Positions 1 through 8,696 of a stretch of 64,000 nucleotides of DNA are shown one piece after another. Location: contig CAVXDX010000008.1 of assembly GCA_963760615.1 (NCBI GenBank), positions 148,722 to 212,721 of the forward strand, given 5' to 3'. The notes beneath the pieces are model-generated. The model saw only the letters and a program-made list of their open reading frames with translations. It made no database searches and was not told where the DNA came from. This DNA is from an uncultured Candidatus Micrarchaeota archaeon (GTDB lineage: Archaea; Micrarchaeota; Micrarchaeia; Burarchaeales; Fermentimicrarchaeaceae). Position 1 is the stretch's first letter. Each line of letters begins with the position of its first letter. Both the position numbers and the translations under genes were made by a program.

Positions 1-1269
1 GAAGTTCTGCTCAATGATGTCCCTGCATACGCAGGGCTGGGCTCTGTCGATGTTTACATGGGCACCTCGCAGTCATCCAAGGTTCACAAGCAGGAGTACG
101 GAGGAGGGCATGTCATAGAGGACCTTGTGAATGACAGACCCGTGAACCTCAAGGCATACGGGAGCGCAACCTACTGCCATCCGATGAAGGAGATAGTCAC
201 AACGGTCACTCTGCATGATTTGAACCAAGCCATAATGGTGAACCCGAGGGCATTCTACCAGAGATACAGCGCCGCAACAAACTCCTCTGACAAGTTGATT
301 TACACCTACCTGGGAGCGCTGCTACCAAGCTTCGGGAATGTCACATATTCATCTGCAGGCTCAATAAGCCCGCTCTACAACGACCCTGCCTACGAAACCA
401 TAGGAGTTGGAACAAGGATATTCCTAGGGGGAGGCAAGGGGTATGTTATTGGGGAGGGGACTCAGCACAACCCTAGGATGATGTCTGGCTCGCTCATGGT
501 CAAGGGTGACTTGAAGAAGATGAAGCCCAAGTACCTCCGGGGTGCTACAGTAACCAACTACGGTCCAACTCTCTTCATAGGAGGGGGGGTGCCAATTCCA
601 ATTCTGAATGTAGGAGTTGCAAAGAACTGCGGGATAACTGACAGGGAGATAAAGGCGACGATATACGACTATCACATAGCAACAAGGGTGAAGCCAGTTG
701 TCAAGAGGACAACATACGAGGAGCTCAAATCGGGCAGAGTTGCAATAGGAGACAGGGAGGTGAAGTGCTCTGGCCTGTCCAGCATAAACATGGCAATGGA
801 GATTTGCGAGAAGCTCAAGGAGATGATTGAGAGGGGGGAGTTCTTCCTCACGGCACCTGTTGAGAAGATATCAATTGAAACGGTGATGAAGCCAATGAAG
901 CAGCTTTACACAAGAGCACTGGATGTTATGTCGCCCGCCGTGACGTGCACCCCAGATGACAGCTTAAAGGATGCTGAGAAGCTCATGCTGGATAGGAAAA
1001 CAGATTATTTGGTTGCCGTTGACAAGCAGAAGCACCTCCAGGGGGTTCTCACCTCGTGGGATGTGGCGAAATCCCTGGTGACTGGGGGGAGCAAGGTGAA
1101 GGATGTCATGAAGTCGAAGGGAATTATAACAAGCAGGAAGGACGAGCCAGTTGAGGTGAGCGCCAAAAAACTGGAGCAGTATAGAGCTAGGGGGCTGCCA
1201 GTTGTGGATGAGGATGGAAGGGTGCTGGGAGTTGTGAAGATAGAGGATATAAAATACAAGGTGAAATGA
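1..1269 (+). CDS. Homocysteine biosynthesis protein (DUF39 + tandem CBS; L-aspartate semialdehyde sulfurtransferase, MA1821/MJ0100 family), 5'-truncated by window edge
   Basis: Frame open from base 1 (EVLLNDVPAYAGLGSVDVYMG). DUF39-type motifs YGGGHVIEDLV, TIGVGTRIFLGG and GEGTQHNP. C-terminal CBS pair (LPVVDEDGRVLGVV). Followed by NIL-ferredoxin and ApbE-like genes. Confidence 0.88.
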   Translation, partial: EVLLNDVPAYAGLGSVDVYMGTSQSSKVHKQEYGGGHVIEDLVNDRPVNLKAYGSATYCHPMKEIVTTVTLHDLNQAIMVNPRAFYQRYSAATNSSDKLIYTYLGALLPSFGNVTYSSAGSISPLYNDPAYETIGVGTRIFLGGGKGYVIGEGTQHNPRMMSGSLMVKGDLKKMKPKYLRGATVTNYGPTLFIGGGVPIPILNVGVAKNCGITDREIKATIYDYHIATRVKPVVKRTTYEELKSGRVAIGDREVKCSGLSSINMAMEICEKLKEMIERGEFFLTAPVEKISIETVMKPMKQLYTRALDVMSPAVTCTPDDSLKDAEKLMLDRKTDYLVAVDKQKHLQGVLTSWDVAKSLVTGGSKVKDVMKSKGIITSRKDEPVEVSAKKLEQYRARGLPVVDEDGRVLGVVKIEDIKYKVK

Positions 1270-1670
1270 TGGGCAAGAGGATTATTGCGCTGTTCCCAAA
1301 CAGGGAATACAGGGAGTCAATACTGCAGGAGGCTGTCCTCAAGAGCGGAACCATTTTCAATACTATCAAGGTGGAGACGACCCCCACCCATGTAAAAGTT
1401 ATGGGAGAGATAAAGGCGAATGAGGAGAAGGCGCAGGAGTTCATCAGGATACTAAAGAGGATGAGCGGAATTGTGAAGGAGCTTGGAGTGATTATGAGGT
1501 TCGACCCGGAAAAATGCGTTGCCTGCGGCCTGTGCGTCTCTCTCTGCCCCACCAAGGCGATAATAGCCAACAGGGATTTCTCCGTAAGATACGACTTTGA
1601 TGAGTGCATACTGTGCATGAACTGCGTGAACAACTGCCCAGTGAATGCTGTGAGCTACCTGGGTGACTAG
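1266..1670 (+). CDS. NIL domain + 2x[4Fe-4S] ferredoxin (MA1822-like partner subunit)
   Basis: CVACGLCVSLCP and CILCMNCVNNCP; N-terminal NIL-like region; overlaps the stop of the DUF39 gene. Confidence 0.85.
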   Translation: MMGKRIIALFPNREYRESILQEAVLKSGTIFNTIKVETTPTHVKVMGEIKANEEKAQEFIRILKRMSGIVKELGVIMRFDPEKCVACGLCVSLCPTKAIIANRDFSVRYDFDECILCMNCVNNCPVNAVSYLGD

Positions 1671-2393
1671 TTGATTGAGAGGAAGCTGGTTTTCAAGGAG
1701 TCGAAAATATTTTTGAAAATAGAGAGGGAGAGATTCTTTGATGTCGCCCATGCATCTCTTCTTAGAAACAGGGTGGAGCTGGAGGAGTATATCGCGCTGC
1801 ATCCATTCTTCAGAAGCACCCTGGAGCCGCTGGAAGTGGAGAGGGATGCACCAAGAGTTGTAAAGTTGATGGCAGACGCTGCTGAGAAAACACGGGTTGG
1901 ACCCATGGCTGCCGTTGCCGGTGCGCTTGCAGATTTGATGCTTGAGGATGTTGTGAGGGAGGGATGCAAATATGCAATCATCGAGAACGGCGGGGATATA
2001 GCAATGAAGGTTGACAGGGCTGCGAATGTGGCGGTGTATGCAGGCGATTCCCCCTTCTCAGGCAAAATCGGTTTTGAGGTTATGCCAAAGGATACACCCC
2101 TGGGGGTGTGCACAAGCTCAGGGACAGTGGGGCATGCAATATCATTCGGCAATGCGGATGCGGCAGTTGCATTTGCCGATTCTGCAGCGCTTGCCGATGC
2201 AGCTGCAACTGCTCTTGGGAATGCTGTGAAGAGCGAGGCCTATGTGAAAAAGGCTGCAGAGCTTGCAAAGAGCCTCTCTATAAGAGGGGCTGTTGTGATA
2301 AAGGGGAAGAGCATTGCAGCTTGGGGGAGGATCCCTAGAATTATAAATGGCAAGGGTTTACCAGAATACTTTTATAAGGAGTTTTTTGAATAA
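1671..2393 (+). CDS. UPF0280/ApbE-like protein (COG2122; sulfide assimilation)
   Basis: VGPMAAVAGALAD, IIENGGDIA, GVCTSSGTVGHAISFGNADAA. Confidence 0.88.
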   Translation: MIERKLVFKESKIFLKIERERFFDVAHASLLRNRVELEEYIALHPFFRSTLEPLEVERDAPRVVKLMADAAEKTRVGPMAAVAGALADLMLEDVVREGCKYAIIENGGDIAMKVDRAANVAVYAGDSPFSGKIGFEVMPKDTPLGVCTSSGTVGHAISFGNADAAVAFADSAALADAAATALGNAVKSEAYVKKAAELAKSLSIRGAVVIKGKSIAAWGRIPRIINGKGLPEYFYKEFFE

Positions 2394-2407
2394 TATACTG
2401 CACGCAT

Positions 2408-2479
2408 GGCCGCGGTAGTCTAATGGCATGACGGCGGGCTGTGGACCCGCAGGAGGGGGTCCGATTCTCCCCCGCGGCC
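2408..2479 (+). tRNA. tRNA-His(GTG) with genome-encoded G-1
   Basis: Acceptor GCCGCGG/CCGCGGC; anticodon arm GCGGG-CTGTGGA-CCCGC; T-loop TCCGATT. Confidence 0.93.
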
Positions 2480-2564
2480 CTTATCCTACTTATAAATAGG
2501 TAATCAGATATACGAAAGAAAACTTTATCTATTATATACGTAGTTAGTATACCAATATGGAGAG

Positions 2565-2930
2565 GTGTTGTTTGTGGAAAGAGGCATTACCAAGGAGGAA
2601 ATGGCATACATAAAGAGTCTTGCATCGGTTTTTTCTCAGAAATGGACATTTAATATTGTTTTTGCTCTTGCCAATGGTAATGAGGATACGGGGTTCAATG
2701 AGCTTATGAAGAATCTCGGGGGGATAAGCGCCGCAGTTCTGTCTCATAGGCTAAAAATCCTTCAGAAGTGGGGGTATGTGGAGCGTGAGGTAAGGATTGG
2801 CCCTCCTACAAGAACAAGGTATAAACTTAGCGAGAAGGGAAGAGGCTTGATAAAGGTTGCTGATTTTGTCCTCCAACACAGAGGCAAAACAACATATTCA
2901 ACAGAGACGTTGAGCGGCGCACGTTTGTAG
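2565..2930 (+). CDS. HxlR-family winged-helix transcriptional regulator
   Basis: FSQKWTFNIVFAL, GFNELMKNLGGISAAVLSHRLKIL, PPTRTRYKLSEKG. Confidence 0.85.
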   Translation: MLFVERGITKEEMAYIKSLASVFSQKWTFNIVFALANGNEDTGFNELMKNLGGISAAVLSHRLKILQKWGYVEREVRIGPPTRTRYKLSEKGRGLIKVADFVLQHRGKTTYSTETLSGARL

Positions 2931-4826
2931 CTACTTCAGCCTTATTGCATCAAGATTCATGGGGGCGCGAGTTTCGAAATGCATCATCTTGTTTAATGAT
3001 TTTGCCAAATCATCGCACTTGCTCTCATCGCCATGAAGAGTGAAAACCCTTTCAGGGCTTGGCCTGAGATTCCTCACGAAGTTCAGCAGCTGGTGCCTAT
3101 CGCTGTGCCCAGAGAACCCGTCGACTGTTTCAACTCTCATGTTAACCTTGACAGTTTCCAGCATACCTTTCTCCCCAAGCACTGGTATCTCCTTCATTCC
3201 ATTCTGTATCTTCCTCCCCAGGGAGAGGGCGCTCTGGTAGCCCACAAATATGAGAAGGTTGTTTGGGTTATCCGCCATCATCTTGAAGTACTCAACAGCA
3301 GGCCCTCCGCTCATCATGCCTGAAGGTGCAAGTATGACGCAGGGGTCTCCCTCAACTATGTCTTTCCTGTTGTTTTTTACAGATTCGAATATTTTTGACT
3401 CGAAGGGACTCTTGTTTGAGAGCACCCTCCTCTGCACATTCTGCCTGAGGTATTCTGGGTAGGCGGTGTGAATTGCTGATGCCTCCAGAATCATGCCGTC
3501 TATGTATATGGGGCATTCGAAGGCTGAACTCATGTTCTGTGCGTACTCCTCCATGACTAGCATTATCTCCTGTGACCTTCCCACAGCAAAGACAGGTATG
3601 AGCACCTTGCCCTTGTTCTGCACTGTCTGGTGAATGAGCTCGTTCAACCTTCTCTCCGCATCCTGCCTCTGGGGCATGATGTCATCCCTCCCTCCGTATG
3701 TGCTTTCCATGAAGAGAGTTTCGACTCTGGGGAAGGTTGTTGTTGCCTGGTCAAAAAGCCTTGTGAAGCCATATTTTATGTCACCTGTGAAAATGAGGTT
3801 GTGCAGCCCATCCCCTATGTGCAAGTGTATCATTGAACTGCCAAGTATATGCCCTGCATTGTGGAACGTGAGCTTAATCTCTGGAGTTATATCCGTAACC
3901 TCGTCATATTCTCTGGCTACGCACATGTTGAGCATCTTCCTTACGTCCTTCTCAGCATAGGGCGGGGTCAGGCCGTTCTTCTGCAGTACGTTGATGTAGT
4001 CGAACTGCAGCATCACCATGAGGTCTCTTGTTGGCGGGGTACAGTAGATTGGTCCGTCATAGCCATAGGCAACCAGGTATGGAAGGAAGCCGGAGTGGTC
4101 CAGATGAGCATGAGTAACTATGACCGCATCCAGCTCATCCAAAGCCAGATTCATGGCATTGAGGTATGGGTAAGCCCTGCTCCCCTCACTTGTTTCCGGG
4201 TTGACGCCGCAGTCCAGCAGTATTTTGTCGTTTGAAGTCTGCAGCAGCAGGCATGTCCTGCCAACCTCCCTGAAGCCTCCCAGAGCAGTGACCTTGACCC
4301 AGTCGCTTTTCTGCGGCTGTGCGGAAATCTTCTTGCCAAGCCCTGCCAGGAATTTTTTCCTGAAGTCTGATTCCTTGAAAAATGATGACCTTATCCCCTT
4401 TATGGTGTCCGAAGGCATAGTAGGGGTTCTGAGTATCTTTGGCGCCCATCCTGTCTGGAGTATTATCGCCTTGAGTGTCGAGCCGCCCTTCCCTATAACC
4501 AAGCCTGGCTTCAGCGAGTCTATTATGACCTCGCAGAACTCCGGGGAGAACTTGATGTCCGTCACGCCCGCTTCTTGAGGGATTATCTCCTGAATTTTCT
4601 TAAGGGCAACATCCGGAGGGGACAGGTGGGACGGGTCGCTCCTCACCAGAACCCTTTTCCTCAAGGCCCCAGCTATTTTCTTTATGAGGTTGGGGTCTGA
4701 GTAGAAAGCCTCTATGTTGTCTAGGTATATTGCTATGTCAGGGCCCTCATACTCGGTTTTTGTAATCGCGCAACCGCTAGGTAATATGGGCTCTAACTTC
4801 TTCTGTATATCGTTGTTATTGTTCAG
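2931..4826 (-). CDS. aCPSF1/FttA beta-CASP ribonuclease with N-terminal KH domains; probable CTG start
   Basis: THAHLDH, NAGHILGS, ESTYG and GFSGHSD motifs; KH motif PGLVIGKGG. Frame continues 54 codons above the TTG at 4664 and includes the conserved TEYEGPDIAIY. Confidence 0.92.
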   Translation of the reverse strand: MNNNNDIQKKLEPILPSGCAITKTEYEGPDIAIYLDNIEAFYSDPNLIKKIAGALRKRVLVRSDPSHLSPPDVALKKIQEIIPQEAGVTDIKFSPEFCEVIIDSLKPGLVIGKGGSTLKAIILQTGWAPKILRTPTMPSDTIKGIRSSFFKESDFRKKFLAGLGKKISAQPQKSDWVKVTALGGFREVGRTCLLLQTSNDKILLDCGVNPETSEGSRAYPYLNAMNLALDELDAVIVTHAHLDHSGFLPYLVAYGYDGPIYCTPPTRDLMVMLQFDYINVLQKNGLTPPYAEKDVRKMLNMCVAREYDEVTDITPEIKLTFHNAGHILGSSMIHLHIGDGLHNLIFTGDIKYGFTRLFDQATTTFPRVETLFMESTYGGRDDIMPQRQDAERRLNELIHQTVQNKGKVLIPVFAVGRSQEIMLVMEEYAQNMSSAFECPIYIDGMILEASAIHTAYPEYLRQNVQRRVLSNKSPFESKIFESVKNNRKDIVEGDPCVILAPSGMMSGGPAVEYFKMMADNPNNLLIFVGYQSALSLGRKIQNGMKEIPVLGEKGMLETVKVNMRVETVDGFSGHSDRHQLLNFVRNLRPSPERVFTLHGDESKCDDLAKSLNKMMHFETRAPMNLDAIRLK

Positions 4827-4885
4827 AAAACCGCCTTAATTCTGCCTATTCAAGACAGGATTATAAAATAATCAAAGTTAATCAC

Positions 4886-5512
4886 TCATGCCTTTGTTTC
4901 TAGAATCTTCTTTACTGCATCCTTATCAAATCTCTTAAAACCTTCGGGGGTTATGGTGACCAGATCTATTCCATCACCGGTTCCCACATCCCTCTTCATG
5001 GCAACTGAGAGTGCCTTGAGAGCAACCTTGAGGTTGTCCTTTATGCTCCCGCCCTCCTTGAAAGCATCCTCCAGCAGACCGTATGCAACCGGTGAGCCGC
5101 TGCCTGTGGAGACAGCCTTCTCCTCAGTAACACCGCCCACAGGGTCAAGGTTGAAAATGCGGGGCGTATCATCAACGCCTCCAACAAGAATCTGGACGAG
5201 GAACGGAGCGAACTTGTACTGGGAGAGTATGTTTGACAGCAGAGTCGTTGCAGCGCCGACGCTCATTGGCTTTGCGTAGTTCATCCTGTAGAGCTGCGAC
5301 TCAAATTTCATGTATCTAACAAGCGTCTGGGCATCGCCAACGCTCCCTGCGACCGTGACTCCCAGCATGTCATCTATCTGGAATATCTTATCCACATCTC
5401 TGTTTGCAATAAAGTAGCCCATCGTGGCTCTCTTGTCCGCAGCAAAGATTACTCCATCACTGCAGACTAACCCTATTGTTGTTGTACCTTTCAATGTTTT
5501 AGCTTCTTCCAT
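4886..5512 (-). CDS. psmB: Proteasome beta subunit
   Basis: Short propeptide then GTTTIGLV, AADKRAT and GSGSPVAYG. SD AGGTG precedes ATG at 5512. Confidence 0.95.
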   Translation of the reverse strand: MEEAKTLKGTTTIGLVCSDGVIFAADKRATMGYFIANRDVDKIFQIDDMLGVTVAGSVGDAQTLVRYMKFESQLYRMNYAKPMSVGAATTLLSNILSQYKFAPFLVQILVGGVDDTPRIFNLDPVGGVTEEKAVSTGSGSPVAYGLLEDAFKEGGSIKDNLKVALKALSVAMKRDVGTGDGIDLVTITPEGFKRFDKDAVKKILETKA

Positions 5513-5565
5513 ACTATGCACCTAGTGGTCGCAGAAAAAGCAATAGTATTACTGCATACATGTTT

Positions 5566-6252
5566 TTAAGCCTTCTGCTCCAGAGCATATTCCTCCACCA
5601 CGCTGACCTTCTTCACATCTCCCATGAGGTTTAGCAGAGAGTTCACGAAGTTGGATTTGCTAATTACGAAATCCACATCCTTCTTTACTGAAGTTGAGAA
5701 TACAACCTGCAGGACGTCCCCTTCCAGCTTGAAGCTGTCAGCCTTGAGGTTGAAGCTATCAAGAATTGCCTGTATTTTGGGGTTTGTTTCCGTGAGCTTC
5801 TCCTCAATTTTCACATCATATATGACTCTCTCGCCTGCAAGAGGGTGGTTCAGGTCCACCATCACCCTTCCGCCGCTCACGCTCTTGACAATTCCCTTCA
5901 TCCCGTCCAAATCGAGCAGCATGCCAGGGAATGGGTTCAGCTCCCTCTTCTTGAACTCCGCGAGGGGGAGTATTCTTACAAGATTCGGGTCCCTGGTGCC
6001 GAATGCATCCTCGGGGGGGAGCTCAATCGACTTCTGCTCCCCAACGCCCATGCTCTTGAGAGATTCATCAAGGCCCTTAACAACATGGCCCTTGCCGAGC
6101 ACGACCAGCACTGGGGCGTACCTCCTGCCCTCTTCAGGTATTCCAGCCTCCTTTGCTTTCTCTGCGCTTGTGGTGTCAAAAATCTTCCCTGTCGCTGCAG
6201 TTCTGCCTGTGTAGCTTATCTTTATGAAGTCGCCATCCTTGAGCTTGTCCAT
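5566..6252 (-). CDS. slyD: FKBP-type peptidyl-prolyl isomerase (long archaeal SlyD type)
   Basis: GKIFDTT, PPEDAFG, VDLNHPLAGE. Confidence 0.92.
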   Translation of the reverse strand: MDKLKDGDFIKISYTGRTAATGKIFDTTSAEKAKEAGIPEEGRRYAPVLVVLGKGHVVKGLDESLKSMGVGEQKSIELPPEDAFGTRDPNLVRILPLAEFKKRELNPFPGMLLDLDGMKGIVKSVSGGRVMVDLNHPLAGERVIYDVKIEEKLTETNPKIQAILDSFNLKADSFKLEGDVLQVVFSTSVKKDVDFVISKSNFVNSLLNLMGDVKKVSVVEEYALEQKA

Positions 6253-6297
6253 ACAAAAACCTCCTGGATTTAATATTTTGCGTTTAAATCATTATTT

Positions 6298-7488
6298 ATG
6301 GAGAGAGACACTTTAATAAAAGTATTTGCGCTGGGCATGGTGATTTTTTTTGTTGTGGAGCTGTTCTCAACGCGCTCTGCCGTAACCAGCACGCCCCAGC
6401 AGACAAACCAGACCAGCAATGAGACGCCGGTGTACGGAGCTGGAGCGGCAACTGCAACACTCATGGCGTATACAAACTACCTCAACCTTTTCAAGAGCGG
6501 TACGGATTTATCAAGAAACGCCTCAATCGGGGAGCTCAGCAGCATAGCGGGCGTTGGATTCGTTAATAACCAGAGCGGGGGAGTGACCCTGGTGCTGGAT
6601 AACGGCGCGAATGTAAGCCTGGTTGCCCAGAAGGTGAAAGAGAGGTTTCCGGATGTTAATGTCACGGCACTTGCCCTGTTCTCAATTCCATCAGATGTCG
6701 TATTCACCACTCAGAATGGCAGCAAGAACGTCAGCATACCATTCCTGCTTCAGATTGAGACTGAGCCCAATCTGGATATTGGGGATAATGTCACTGTATC
6801 ACTCTCCGGCATTCTGCAGGGGGACCAGCTTGCGAGCAACCCAATTGCAAAAATAATCCCAACCCAAATGGATGTATCCACTACTGCAGTTGTAAGCGGA
6901 ATCAGCGACCAGTATGTCGCTTTAATCGTGCTTAGCTGGGAGATGAGAAACGTAAATGTCAGCATGATTGCTGGGGAGTTTCCAGCCACAATGAGGAATG
7001 TGAGTGTTAACTACACCCCCAACTCCTATGTTGCTGTCACTGGGCTGAATTCAGCGGGCAATGACACAATAGGAAAAATCAGCAAGCTGAGCTATGTCAC
7101 GGAAGTCAACGGTGATATTGTGTATGTGAGAAATGAAATGAACAGCTCGGAGAAGCTGGCTGCAGATTTGAAAGGCATACTTGGGGGCAATGCGACTCTG
7201 GACTACCCTGTCTCCATAATGTCTGTACAGTTCTCATCGGAAAACTTCAGCATGGGGGACATACTTAAACCCACTGGTGGAGAGCTTTTGCTTTACAGGA
7301 AAATGTCCTTGGCACTTGGGGACAGTATAAAAGTTGGAGGGGTTGGTTATGAGGTACCTGCCAACACAACTTTTGATAGTTTCCTCAACAGTTCCTATTC
7401 TGTTGGCAAGAATATCAGCGTTGAGCTTGGAATCGGTACAATGGGGAAAAGGATTGTCAGCATATCTCTGAAAAATCTCTTGAGTTAG
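6298..7488 (+). CDS. Membrane-anchored/secreted surface protein, rich in N-glycosylation sequons
   Basis: N-terminal hydrophobic helix (KVFALGMVIFFVVELF), then an S/T/N/V-rich beta-type sequence with about 19 N-X-S/T sequons counted by eye. Confidence 0.7.
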   Translation: MERDTLIKVFALGMVIFFVVELFSTRSAVTSTPQQTNQTSNETPVYGAGAATATLMAYTNYLNLFKSGTDLSRNASIGELSSIAGVGFVNNQSGGVTLVLDNGANVSLVAQKVKERFPDVNVTALALFSIPSDVVFTTQNGSKNVSIPFLLQIETEPNLDIGDNVTVSLSGILQGDQLASNPIAKIIPTQMDVSTTAVVSGISDQYVALIVLSWEMRNVNVSMIAGEFPATMRNVSVNYTPNSYVAVTGLNSAGNDTIGKISKLSYVTEVNGDIVYVRNEMNSSEKLAADLKGILGGNATLDYPVSIMSVQFSSENFSMGDILKPTGGELLLYRKMSLALGDSIKVGGVGYEVPANTTFDSFLNSSYSVGKNISVELGIGTMGKRIVSISLKNLLS

Positions 7489-7518
7489 ACTTAAATTGAG
7501 GAAAGGCGAAGTTAATCT

Positions 7519-8034
7519 GTGCGAACCGGTTTTGGCGAGCATCTAGCCGCTGGAGTGGCGATATTCCTCATACTTCTTTTTCTTCTGGGGATTCCGGCAG
7601 CAGCTGAGCTGCTTCTCGGCGGCACATTCTTCATACTTGGGGCGCTCATGCCTGATGTGGACAGCCCTCTCTCAAAGCCAAGGAAGTTTATGAGAAAGGT
7701 CGTCTTTACTCTTGCTATTTTTTTCCTCCTTCTCTTTTACCCGCAGCTTTCTGCAGCCTGCGGCAGGTTTGCAGGTGAATCACTCTGTGTATATTTCCCC
7801 CTCATCTCCATTCTCCTTGTTTTTGCAATAGTCTACCTGCTGGATTTCTTTATTCCAAGGCACAGGGGTTTTTTTCACAGTTTCTCAGCTGCAGTGCTCT
7901 ACAGTACGGCAGTGTGCCTGCTGATGCTCTCCCTTGGAGCGGGAGGCTCTTTCAGAATTGGCGCATGGGCTTTTGGCGGGTACGTCTCCCATCTGGCTGT
8001 GGATTTCATTGGAGATGCCATTCCTTTTAAATAG
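7519..8034 (+). CDS. Membrane-bound metal-dependent hydrolase (YdjM/DUF457-like)
   Basis: H near the N-terminus, GALMPDVD, HRGFFHS, SHLAVD. Confidence 0.8.
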   Translation: MRTGFGEHLAAGVAIFLILLFLLGIPAAAELLLGGTFFILGALMPDVDSPLSKPRKFMRKVVFTLAIFFLLLFYPQLSAACGRFAGESLCVYFPLISILLVFAIVYLLDFFIPRHRGFFHSFSAAVLYSTAVCLLMLSLGAGGSFRIGAWAFGGYVSHLAVDFIGDAIPFK

Positions 8035-8114
8035 GGGATGAGTAATAGTATTGGCAATGACGATACCGTCCCAGAGGGATACAATATGACCGACGGAGTA
8101 GCTTCGGAGCCACT

Positions 8115-8390
8115 CTAATCTAGTTTGAAGTAATACGCCTTATCCTTGAGGTTGTACCTGCACTTCAATTTTCCGGATTTGACAAGCGAATCAAAAAGCT
8201 TGAAGCACAGTACTGAGAACTTTGACTTTCCGCTTCCAATGATTGCAAGGAACTGCTCCCCAGTGTCTGTGAGCAGGTACCTCTTCCCGCTTACCTCCCT
8301 TATGATTCCAAGCGCCTCAAAAAAGCCCAGTCCATCCCTGAGCTCATCCTCAGTCAGCTTGTAAGCCTTGAGTGGGGCGTCATCCTCCAT
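8115..8390 (-). CDS. Small hypothetical protein, possibly winged-helix
   Basis: 91-aa ORF with ATG after an AT-rich upstream region; wing-like GIIREVSGKRYLLTDTG. Confidence 0.5.
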   Translation of the reverse strand: MEDDAPLKAYKLTEDELRDGLGFFEALGIIREVSGKRYLLTDTGEQFLAIIGSGKSKFSVLCFKLFDSLVKSGKLKCRYNLKDKAYYFKLD

Positions 8391-8416
8391 AGTTTATTCA
8401 TTAATTGTTTAAATTA

Positions 8417-8671
8417 TTACTTGTTTGCCCCGTAATCGAACTCTATGAAGAACCCGTAGAGCACTACGAAGATGCTCACGATCATAATCACTTGAAAGAT
8501 GAGTATATCATTCTGGTATTTTGGTGAATTCATGCATTGGTAGCATGGGTTGTTTTCGCTTAATGGTGGAGTTGAAGTTGTGCAACCGCAGACGAAGTCG
8601 TACGCCCTGCTTGCCAGTATGAAGCCGAAAAGGAAGAAGAGGAAGCCGGCAATTGCAATTTTGTACTTCAT
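8417..8671 (-). CDS. Small two-TM membrane protein with Cys-rich loop
   Basis: Two hydrophobic helices flank CGC...PCYQC; start taken at MKYKIAI. Confidence 0.55.
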   Translation of the reverse strand: MKYKIAIAGFLFFLFGFILASRAYDFVCGCTTSTPPLSENNPCYQCMNSPKYQNDILIFQVIMIVSIFVVLYGFFIEFDYGANK

Positions 8672-8696
8672 ACGAAGTATATTCGTCAAGCCCGCT

